Assembly: GCF_050875635.1 (NCBI RefSeq)
Contig: NZ_JBPAOH010000005.1
Location: forward strand, 1,454 to 33,453
Direction of reading: 5' to 3'
Length of the DNA: 32,000 nt
Source: Tolypothrix sp. VBCCA 56010
Lineage (GTDB): Bacteria > Cyanobacteriota > Cyanobacteriia > Cyanobacteriales > Nostocaceae
Shown: positions 24,963-32,000 of the stretch, in pieces
How positions within the stretch are numbered: position 1 is the stretch's first letter
How the letters are laid out: each line of letters opens with the position of its first letter
Translations under genes and position numbers: made by a program
Notes under the pieces: generated by a model
Databases searched by the model: none
Seen by the model: only the letters and a program-made list of their open reading frames with translations
Told to the model about the DNA's origin: nothing

Positions 24963-26525
24963 TTACCGTCGCTTCCACCAAAGAACAGCTGCTCCTGCTA
25001 ACCCGATCAGGGGTAATATTACCAAAGACGATAATGCTAAAAGATTTGCCTGCGTCCCTGTAATATTAATACGGCGGTTTTTGACTTCTTTGGGACGAAT
25101 TGAAAGAGGTTGCCGATCTTGCTGACTCAACCAAGTAACTGAGTTGAGAAATACGTCTCCATTTAACTGTTGTTGAAACAAACCATCGGTAGCGAAATCG
25201 GAATTTCCTAATACTACTAAGCGTGATTCGGTGGAAGTTGGGGGAGTGGGGGTAGGTTGAGGTTGAGGTTTGGCTGATAGTTTGCGTTTTAATGCTACAC
25301 CTAAAGTTAATGGACCTTTGCGATCGCTTCCTTGATTAAACTGCAAATTTTCGCTTTGCAAGTCGCTTTCTGCCCAACTGCTGGGATAAGGTTTGGTTAC
25401 TATCAGCGTGGTAGACTCGACACCGGGCACTGGAGTAACTTCTAAAGGACGGGCAAGCGGATAAAGCGAAATGCCATTACCAAAATCTTTAGTAATTGGA
25501 TGTTGTCCGTATTCTGTCACTAAAGCAACCGCAGGACCAATCCCCACGTTGTTAGAAACATCGACTGCTAAACGATTATCAAGGCGCACGCCCCACTGTT
25601 GTAGTAAACTATTAAGTTTGGGGTCAGTATTTGGATCGATCATCAATAGCAAGTTACCACCTCGATTGAGATAGCTTTGCAAAGCTTTTACTTCATTGTC
25701 AAACAAAGCTTTTTTCGCACCTGCTACAACTACCACAGCTGCATCATCAGGAACTGCTGACTTTTCTGCTAAATTTAGCGCTGATGTAGTGAAATTTTTG
25801 TCACTTAATGCTTGAACTGCTTGAGAAATTGCACCTTCACCTGCCGCAAGTTGCCGTTCTCCGTGACCTTGAAGCAAGTAAACTTTAGCTGTGGTTGTGC
25901 TATTGATTTGTTGTAAGCGATTAGTTAAGCGAATTTCTGACAGACGTTCATTTTGATTCACCACTTGCACTAACTGTCGTTTATTTTCAGATTCTAGATA
26001 AACTTCTCCATAATCTTTGACACCAAATTTATCTGCTAATCCTGGTCTTGCTTGCGGATCGACAAATTCAAATTTAAACTTTGAACCAAGCCTGCGATAA
26101 TTTTCCAGTAATTCTAAATCTTGGGGATTTCGATTCACATCAAACACCCATACCTTTGCAGGGTTTTGCAAAGACTGTACCAATTCTCGTGATTGTGGCG
26201 CAAGCGTAAATAACTGAGTATCAGTTAAATCTGTTCGCAGGTGATAGCGAGTGCCTAAGAAATTAATTAAACCTAAAATCGCCAATACTGCAAGAGTCGC
26301 AACTAAAGCATTTGTACCAGCTTGGGTAGAACGACGTCCCCACCAGTTAGATCGTTGAGTTTGCCAGATTAACCAAAAGCCGATGATGACAATTCCTGCA
26401 ATCAAAAATGCTAATGGAATTGTTCCCCATTGCGATACTAACCCCGCTGTTAAGCCGGCAACAAGTAAAAATGGACCGAACCAAAATAGATATTTCCAAA
26501 GTGTTCGTTTTGCGATGTTTTTCAT
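24963..26525 (-). CDS. GldG-like ABC-transporter accessory protein (ABC-type uncharacterized transport system)
   Basis: 520 aa. It has N-terminal TM segments, a large extracytoplasmic region, a C-terminal TM anchor, and a Pro/Thr-rich linker (KPQPQPTPTPPTST). The architecture and operon context are typical of GldG family proteins. Confidence 0.7.
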   Translation of the reverse strand: MKNIAKRTLWKYLFWFGPFLLVAGLTAGLVSQWGTIPLAFLIAGIVIIGFWLIWQTQRSNWWGRRSTQAGTNALVATLAVLAILGLINFLGTRYHLRTDLTDTQLFTLAPQSRELVQSLQNPAKVWVFDVNRNPQDLELLENYRRLGSKFKFEFVDPQARPGLADKFGVKDYGEVYLESENKRQLVQVVNQNERLSEIRLTNRLQQINSTTTAKVYLLQGHGERQLAAGEGAISQAVQALSDKNFTTSALNLAEKSAVPDDAAVVVVAGAKKALFDNEVKALQSYLNRGGNLLLMIDPNTDPKLNSLLQQWGVRLDNRLAVDVSNNVGIGPAVALVTEYGQHPITKDFGNGISLYPLARPLEVTPVPGVESTTLIVTKPYPSSWAESDLQSENLQFNQGSDRKGPLTLGVALKRKLSAKPQPQPTPTPPTSTESRLVVLGNSDFATDGLFQQQLNGDVFLNSVTWLSQQDRQPLSIRPKEVKNRRINITGTQANLLALSSLVILPLIGLAGAAVLWWKRR

Positions 26526-26535
26526 AATTATTAAT

Positions 26536-26733
26536 TGTTATTTGTTAGTTGTTAGTGGGCATTGGGCATGGGGCATGGGGCATGGGGCAGGGGGACAAGG
26601 GAGACAATTACCAATGCCCAATGCCCATTGCCCATTGCCCATTGCCCAATGCCCAATGCCCATTGCCCATTGCCCAATGCCCATTGCCCAATGCCCAATG
26701 CCCATTGCCCAATGCCCATTGCCCACTAACTAA
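26536..26733. repeat. Long inverted STRR-like heptamer array
   Basis: The left arm GTTAGTG(GGCATTG/GGCATGG)n lies at about 26552-26590. The right arm has about 16 units of CCCAATG/CCCATTG at 26613-26725 and ends in CACTAAC. It occupies essentially the whole 204-nt gap between the permease stop (26730) and the GldG-like start (26525). Confidence 0.9.
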
Positions 26734-27542
26734 TTACGCTGAAATCGCAATGCATCAATTGATTGTGCCGTGAGGAAGATGCCTAAGATAATGTAACTAG
26801 CAAATAATATCAAGCTGCTGGTGTCGAAGATTCCTTGTACAAGGGTGTTGTAATGTTTGAGTAAGGATAGATGACTTAAAGCTTCTCCCACGACACCGCC
26901 AATATTTTTGGCGATTAAATCTACAAACAACAGCAATAAAATCACTGCAAATGTGAGGACGGCAGATAGAATTGTGCTGTCTGTTAAAGAGGAAATAAAC
27001 ATTCCTAAGGATAATATCGCCGCTGCTAGTAAGATTAATGCTAGATGACCTAATAAGGGAATTGTTGGCGATATTGGTGGAGTCGATCCACTTAAGGCGA
27101 TCGCTTCAAACACCAGCAGCGGTGCTACCATTGTTGTAAAAAATGTTAACACTCCCAATAACTTACCTACAGCTACTGCCCAATTGGTTATTGGTGATGT
27201 CGCTAAAAGTTCCAAAGTACCGCGTTTGCGTTCTTCGGCATACAGTCCCATTGAAAGAATTGGCAGCACAAACAGCAACAGCCATCCCATACGATCTAAA
27301 AATGCCCTGACAAATTCGTAGGGTACATCGATAGGTGGTACTGGCACCCCGATTTGTTGCCCTTGTAAATCTAAGGCGGCAACTGTTGGTAAGATACCTT
27401 CGGGTCCGAGCAAAATCAAGATTAAGAACAATCCAGACAATAGCCAAAAAATACTGGCGATCGCATAAGCTAAAGGCGATACAAAATAACTTTGTAACTC
27501 GCGGCGATAAATGGCAATAATATTACCCAGCACTACACCCAT
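26730..27542 (-). CDS. ABC-2 type transporter permease
   Basis: 270 aa and multi-TM. The start codon directly abuts the ATPase stop codon (stop at 27543-27545, start at 27540-27542). Confidence 0.8.
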   Translation of the reverse strand: MGVVLGNIIAIYRRELQSYFVSPLAYAIASIFWLLSGLFLILILLGPEGILPTVAALDLQGQQIGVPVPPIDVPYEFVRAFLDRMGWLLLFVLPILSMGLYAEERKRGTLELLATSPITNWAVAVGKLLGVLTFFTTMVAPLLVFEAIALSGSTPPISPTIPLLGHLALILLAAAILSLGMFISSLTDSTILSAVLTFAVILLLLFVDLIAKNIGGVVGEALSHLSLLKHYNTLVQGIFDTSSLILFASYIILGIFLTAQSIDALRFQRN

Positions 27543-28550
27543 TTACGCTGCTTCTCCTTCTTTGGCTTCATCCTCTACCTCAGATGGCAAATTTCTTTCT
27601 TCTGTAGTCAGTTGCAGGAATACATCTTCTAAAGTAGCGCTGACACGTCGCATTTCATATAAACCAAATCCCGCACGCACCAATGCCATGACAATTTCGT
27701 GTCCTGGTTCGCTTCCTGGTTGCGATATTACCCGCAAATAACCTCGGTTATCCGCAATTGGGGTATGACCGTGCATTCCGCTCGGCATTGATTCTACCAA
27801 ACTTACACCAGGTAAGTTTTGCAATACCTGTTTGGCTAAGGCAGGTTCTCCGGCAATTTCCAATTCATATCCAGAACCACCTGTCAACTGCGTCATCAGA
27901 TTTTCTGGAGTATTAGTTGCTACTACTTTCCCCCGATTAATGATGGCTACGCGGTTACAGGTCATGCTCACTTCTGGCAAAATGTGCGTAGAGAGAATAA
28001 TTGTGTGAGTACCTGCGAGACTTTTAATTAAATTCCGCACATCAATGATTTGCCGGGGATCGAGACCAACAGTAGGTTCATCTAGAATGATAGCTGGTGG
28101 ATCGTGGACGATCGCCTGAGCAATGCCAACTCTTTGACGGTATCCCTTAGAAAGTTTACGAATAATTACATTACGCTTATCTTCTAAATTACAGCGTATA
28201 ATCGCTGCTCTTACCTTGTTTGTGCGATCGCCTGCCGGTACTCCTTTAATCCGCGTCACAAAATACAAAAAGCCTTCAACCGTCATTTCTGGATATAACG
28301 GTGGTGTTTCCGGTAAATAGCCAATTCGTTGCCGTACTAAGAGAGAATTTTCATGGACATCGTAACCAGCAATTCTCACTGTCCCACTCGTCGCCGGTAA
28401 ATAACCAGCTAAAATTCGCATGGTTGTAGTTTTACCAGCACCATTGGGTCCCAAGAACCCTAAAATCTCCCCTTGTGAGACGTTAAAAGTAACATCACTT
28501 ATTGCTGTCGTTGAGCCGTATATTTTACTCAGACCATCAACTTCAATCAT
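27543..28550 (-). CDS. ABC transporter ATP-binding protein
   Basis: Walker A GPNGAGKTT, signature LSKGYRQR and Walker B IILDEPT are present. The ORF-track start (TTG at 28616) adds 22 unconserved residues; the ATG at 28550 gives the typical MIEVDGLSKIYG. Confidence 0.9.
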   Translation of the reverse strand: MIEVDGLSKIYGSTTAISDVTFNVSQGEILGFLGPNGAGKTTTMRILAGYLPATSGTVRIAGYDVHENSLLVRQRIGYLPETPPLYPEMTVEGFLYFVTRIKGVPAGDRTNKVRAAIIRCNLEDKRNVIIRKLSKGYRQRVGIAQAIVHDPPAIILDEPTVGLDPRQIIDVRNLIKSLAGTHTIILSTHILPEVSMTCNRVAIINRGKVVATNTPENLMTQLTGGSGYELEIAGEPALAKQVLQNLPGVSLVESMPSGMHGHTPIADNRGYLRVISQPGSEPGHEIVMALVRAGFGLYEMRRVSATLEDVFLQLTTEERNLPSEVEDEAKEGEAA

Positions 28551-28632
28551 CGTTAAAATCGCCTGATTGCTGAATTGGACATTAAAAGATATTAATTCAA
28601 TATTTTCAAAATGCAACGAATTTACAGAGATT

Positions 28633-28670
28633 GGGAGGTGGGGGAGTGGGGAAGTGGGGGATGAAAGGGG
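28633..28670. repeat. G-run cluster (five G3-5 runs)
   Basis: GGGAGGTGGGGGAGTGGGGAAGTGGGGGATGAAAGGGG on the plus strand, 83-120 nt upstream of the minus-strand ABC ATPase start. Confidence 0.6.
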
Positions 28671-28796
28671 AATTTGAGCTTTATTACTCCCTTCGTGCTT
28701 GAAGAATACTTATTTAACGAACCGCTAAGGCGCGAAGGACGCGAAGGAGGAAGAAAAAGAAGATAGGTAATTTTGTAGCGGCAAGGGAGTAGCACC

Positions 28797-29034
28797 AAAC
28801 TCCGAGTTCAGAAGGTGAAACTTCGAGTTCAGAAGGTGAAACTCCGAGTTCAGAAGGTGAAACTTCGAGTTCAGAACACGAAACTTCGAGTTCAGAAGGT
28901 GAAACTTCGAGTTCAGAAGGTGAAACTTCGAGTTCAGAAGGTGAAACTTCGAGTTCCGAACACGAAACTTCGAGTTCCGAACATGAAACTCCGAGTTCAG
29001 AACATGAAACTCCGAGTTCAGAACATGAAACTTC
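28797..29034. repeat. 21-bp tandem repeat, about 11.3 copies (GAGTTCAGAAGGTGAAACTTC consensus)
   Basis: Full units start every 21 nt from 28804 to 29014. There are two subtypes (AAGGTG core; AACACG/AACATG core). There are no spacers, and both strands are open only because the unit lacks stops. Confidence 0.95.
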
Positions 29035-29038
29035 AAGC

Positions 29039-29073
29039 TTGACTGTTGACTGTTGACTTTTGACTCTTGACTA
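29039..29073. repeat. Heptamer array (TTGACTN)5
   Basis: TTGACTG TTGACTG TTGACTT TTGACTC TTGACTA, immediately following the 21-bp array. Confidence 0.9.
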
Positions 29074-29187
29074 CTAACACCATTTCACGCTCAAGTATGA
29101 TACAAATCATTCTCTTTTCCCCTGCTTTCTGCCCCTGCTAGAGTGCGGTCTATTTGTATCAACCCTAAAGTGAAACGGTATAACTAT

Positions 29188-30654
29188 ATGGTGAACTCGA
29201 CTGTTGTTAAAACACTTTACGTTAATCCTGCAACTGGGAATGATAAAAATCCAGGTGACTCCAAGTTCAGTCCGTTTAAGACCATTAGCCGTGCTTTAAA
29301 GGTAAGCACAAAATCTACAATTATTCAACTGGCGGAGGGAAACTACAATTCTCTGACTGGAGAGGTGTTTCCGCTATTGATCCCCGATGGTGTGCTGGTG
29401 GTGGGTAACGAAGGCACTAAAGGTCGAGGAATTGTAATTGAGGGGAGTGGTGCATATCAAAGCCAAAGCTTTGGATGGCAAAATATCACGCTGCTATTGC
29501 TAGGTGAAGCGACTGTCATGGGTGTGACTGTGGCAAATACAACCGCAAAAGGCACTGGTGTTTGGATTGAATCGACGGCACCCTCTTTGGTTAATAATAC
29601 TTTTGCCAAATGCGGTCGGGAAGCTTTATTTGTGACGGGCACTGCTAAACCTGCAATTCTAGATAATGTGTTTGTGAAAAACGCTGTCAGTGGCTTGGTG
29701 ATGGCTGGTAATAGCAAAGGGGAAGTGCTGCGGAATATTTTTCAAAAAAATGTTATTGGCATCGCAATTAGTGATTCTGCTGCCCCAATGCTTGTAAAGA
29801 ACAAACTCATAGAAAATCGGACAGCGATCGCTCTTTCTCGACAAGCGCAACCGGTGTTACGTCAGAATCTAATTGCCAATAATACCCAAGGTGGAGTGTT
29901 AGTCAACGGCAATGCAAATCCCAATTTAGGTAATAAACAAGACAATGGCGCAAATATTTTTCGCGATAACGGTCAATTTGATTTAAATAATGCTACATCA
30001 CAAAAACTAGTATTAGTAGGTAATCAGTTGAATCCGGCACAGGTGAAGGGATCGGTCGAGTTTATCGCTCTTATTTCCGATTTGGCTGGACATTGGGCGG
30101 CGGATTTTGTGGAAGCATTGGCAAGCAAGAATTTGATTAACAGCTTGCCTGATGGGACTTTTGCCCCAGATAAGCCGATGACTCGCGCCGATTATGCAGC
30201 TTTAGTAGCGGCAGCATTTAATCCCGTACCCAGACGCCCAGCACCGGATTTTATTGACGTACCCAAGGATTTTTGGGCTTATAATGCGATTCAAATCGCG
30301 GCGCAGGGTGGTTTTGTTGGTGGAAAAAGCGATCGCACTTTTCGCCCCAATGAAAATGTCCAGCGACTGCAAGTGATTGTCTCTCTAGTTAACGGACTGA
30401 AGCTGCCACCGGCTGATAAAGATGCCTTACTCTGCTACAGTGACCGTAATACCATTCTTGATTATGCCCGTACAGCAGTTGCAACTGCCACACAACAAAA
30501 AATCGTAGTTAATTACCCAAACCCCAAGCAAATCGAGCCTTCTCGCTTTGCCACACGCGCCGAAGTAGCAGCAATGGTTTACCAAGCATTAGTCGCTATC
30601 AAAAAAGATTCTCCGATAAAATCACCGTATATCGTTTCAAATGAAAGCAGTTGA
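29188..30654 (+). CDS. Right-handed beta-helix (DUF1565/pectin-lyase-fold) protein with C-terminal SLH domains
   Basis: TLYVNPATGNDKNPGDSKFSPFKTISRAL and repeated beta-helix turns are followed by three SLH-like segments (HWAADFVEALASKNLI, FWAYNAIQIAAQGGFV, and a third). The ATG at 29188 is preferred over the GTG at 29143. Confidence 0.8.
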   Translation: MVNSTVVKTLYVNPATGNDKNPGDSKFSPFKTISRALKVSTKSTIIQLAEGNYNSLTGEVFPLLIPDGVLVVGNEGTKGRGIVIEGSGAYQSQSFGWQNITLLLLGEATVMGVTVANTTAKGTGVWIESTAPSLVNNTFAKCGREALFVTGTAKPAILDNVFVKNAVSGLVMAGNSKGEVLRNIFQKNVIGIAISDSAAPMLVKNKLIENRTAIALSRQAQPVLRQNLIANNTQGGVLVNGNANPNLGNKQDNGANIFRDNGQFDLNNATSQKLVLVGNQLNPAQVKGSVEFIALISDLAGHWAADFVEALASKNLINSLPDGTFAPDKPMTRADYAALVAAAFNPVPRRPAPDFIDVPKDFWAYNAIQIAAQGGFVGGKSDRTFRPNENVQRLQVIVSLVNGLKLPPADKDALLCYSDRNTILDYARTAVATATQQKIVVNYPNPKQIEPSRFATRAEVAAMVYQALVAIKKDSPIKSPYIVSNESS

Positions 30655-30781
30655 CAAGTAGAATAAAAAACACTTCCTACAAAGTTAAAAGCACTTGTTA
30701 ACTTACCCTGTAGCTAAAAGCACTTCGAGGCTATATGCATGGGTTGAAACTTTATACCTCTTGCCAGAAGCTGATAGCCAG

Positions 30782-31606
30782 ATGCTCACACCAACCCTGG
30801 ACACCTCTGCCACACCACATCACTCAACCGGGCGGCACAGCGCTCAATCCTTTGAAGGGGCGTATATGAAGGGTGACTCCCAAACCCCAACACACGAGTG
30901 GCTCGACTTGGCAGCCGCTTTATTAATTCACTATAGTTTTGACCTCAGTGGGTACAGTGCCAGTGAGTTAGTTAACCGTTGGCAAACTCAGTACCCAGTT
31001 AATTGGCTACACTTAGCAGTGATTGAAGCACTGTATCAAGGTCGTTACAAAGCGTTTTCAGTTCAGCAAATCTTAACATTTTGGCAGCGACGCGGGCAGG
31101 CGATTTTTCATTTCAACATGGAATTTGAACGTTTGATTTGCAGCAAATTTCCGGAAAGCTTAACTTCGCTAACTTCACCGTTTATATCTGAAAATAAAGA
31201 AAATACTCCTAAATTACCACCAACCGCAAATTCTCTAACTGACAATTCAGCGACTGCTGCAAACGTCAATAATGGGTATAAACGCAACAATAAGTCTATA
31301 CAAGCGATCGGTGAAGAAAAGTTATTACAGGAACAAACATTCGGAAGTACAAAAGATAAGAACCTTTTGCCATCTTCCACAACTAAAGTGTCTAAATATT
31401 CCCTTGGGCATCAGACATCTTATGCTTCAAGCCAAACATCTTCTTTGAATCAACAGACATTGTGTTTACCTGCTGCCAATCATCCGCCAATTGGACAATT
31501 CACCCCAGAAAAAAGCGATCGCTCTGAGTTGTTCACATCAAAACTCAAAGCAATCAGGAGTGAAAAGCCACTACGACGTTATACCCAAGAAGAAACCGAG
31601 GGTTGA
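30782..31606 (+). CDS. Hypothetical protein (conserved N-domain, low-complexity Ser/Thr/Asn-rich tail)
   Basis: The ORF-track ORF starts at a TTG at 30695; the first ATG is at 30782. The segment NWLHLAVIEALYQGRYKAFSVQQILTFWQRRGQ looks conserved, but I cannot name the family. Confidence 0.5.
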   Translation: MLTPTLDTSATPHHSTGRHSAQSFEGAYMKGDSQTPTHEWLDLAAALLIHYSFDLSGYSASELVNRWQTQYPVNWLHLAVIEALYQGRYKAFSVQQILTFWQRRGQAIFHFNMEFERLICSKFPESLTSLTSPFISENKENTPKLPPTANSLTDNSATAANVNNGYKRNNKSIQAIGEEKLLQEQTFGSTKDKNLLPSSTTKVSKYSLGHQTSYASSQTSSLNQQTLCLPAANHPPIGQFTPEKSDRSELFTSKLKAIRSEKPLRRYTQEETEG

Positions 31607-31705
31607 AAATAGTTAGGGGCAGTCTTAACAAATTATTACCAATATCTTGTGAATTAAATTTGGGCAGATTAAAATGTTCAGCAAATTTTTAATAGATAGA
31701 TTTAT

Positions 31706-32000
31706 ATGCGCTTACCTGTTGTTATTAATATCGGGCTAATGCTGTTTTTAGGTTTGAACACCCCAGTATTATCTCAATCTCCCATACATCGGGCACAATC
31801 GCCAGCAGTAACTAATTTGAATTTAAGGCGGTTGCAATTTAACCGAAATTTGTGGAATCATCGGAATATTTCCAACTATCGCTATACACTTAGCAATAGT
31901 TGCTTCTGCTTACCTGACGCAAGAGGACCGGTAGTTATTGAAGTACGTTACGGTCAAACAACTTCCATCACTTCTGTTGCCACCGATCAACCAGTCGATC
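31706..32000 (+). CDS. Secreted/lipoprotein-like hypothetical protein (DUF6174-like), 3'-partial
   Basis: ATG at 31706. The signal-like MRLPVVINIGLMLFLGLNTPVLSQ is followed by NYRYTLSNSCFCLPDARGPVVIEV. The frame stays open to the end of the window. Confidence 0.5.
   Translation, partial: MRLPVVINIGLMLFLGLNTPVLSQSPIHRAQSPAVTNLNLRRLQFNRNLWNHRNISNYRYTLSNSCFCLPDARGPVVIEVRYGQTTSITSVATDQPVD

Noticed and set aside
24768-25125. ORFs through the heptamer arrays at 24768-25125. The same applies to 26383-26773 and 2934-3140.
   Set aside because: They are repeat translations ([24 protein letters not shown]). They overlap real gene ends and have no independent support.
28551-28616. TTG-initiated 22-codon extension of the ABC ATPase. 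Similar upstream alternative starts were considered for the SLH protein (GTG at 29143) and the hypothetical gene (TTG at 30695).
   Set aside because: The extensions are unconserved-looking. The internal ATGs give the canonical family N-termini or the first ATG of the frame.
28725-29042. ORFs on both strands through the 21-bp array (103 aa KFHLLNS-type repeats on the minus strand; 75 aa KLRVQKV-type on the plus strand).
   Set aside because: Both strands are open only because the 21-bp unit lacks stop codons. The peptides are pure heptad copies of the DNA repeat, and there is no non-repetitive flanking coding sequence or plausible start context.

Overview
This window looks like chromosomal DNA from a filamentous, probably heterocyst-forming (Nostocales-type) cyanobacterium. 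The HIP1 octamer GCGATCGC occurs throughout, and many intergenic gaps are filled with STRR-like short tandem repeats (GGGCATT/CCCAATG, CCCTTTC, TTGACTN, G-rich and C-rich 8- and 16-mers). All calls rest on reading the sequence and ORF track and on remembered family motifs; no searches were run.

Gene content, left to right:
- Housekeeping block on the minus strand: SnoaL/NTF2-like protein, holB, pepE, tmk.
- A large multi-PAS hybrid histidine kinase (3111-6095, minus) carrying an in-frame 177-nt simple-repeat insertion inside its ATPase domain.
- A mobile-element-riddled island of about 5.5 kb (6096-11608). It holds an IS607-type element (serine recombinase TnpA plus TnpB), a degraded CHAT/caspase-like + NB-ARC + WD40 STAND gene, a MITE-like palindromic element, an orphan 120-aa gene, a 21-bp tandem array and a small transposase-like remnant.
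- The STAND gene has three lesions: it is beheaded by the IS, frameshifted in an A9 run, and truncated at the 3' end by an IS5-family remnant.
- A second, divergently oriented kinase (11609-14935, plus) with two kinase cores.
- A stress-type cluster: PNPOx-like FMN protein, a glycine-zipper membrane protein, and an HPF/RaiA + cold-shock-domain fusion.
- A phosphoribosyltransferase, a GT4 glycosyltransferase, a PotC-like permease, a frameshifted signal-anchored truncated hemoglobin, and purU.
- A GldG-type ABC operon (ATPase, ABC-2 permease, GldG-like, DUF4340-like) whose gene junctions are filled with repeat arrays.
- A second 21-bp tandem array, a beta-helix/SLH envelope protein, and two hypothetical genes.

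Most notable observations:
- The IS607/TnpB-STAND junction: a TAATG stop-start overlap, a TnpB lacking all four zinc-finger cysteines, and TTTGCTAATA end motifs.
- The A9 frameshift between the effector and NTPase modules of the STAND gene.
- The in-frame repeat insertion in a kinase catalytic domain.
- Two related 21-bp tandem arrays in divergent promoter regions.
- Hairpin- and G-quadruplex-capable heptamer arrays punctuating operons.

No rRNA, tRNA or CRISPR array was recognised.
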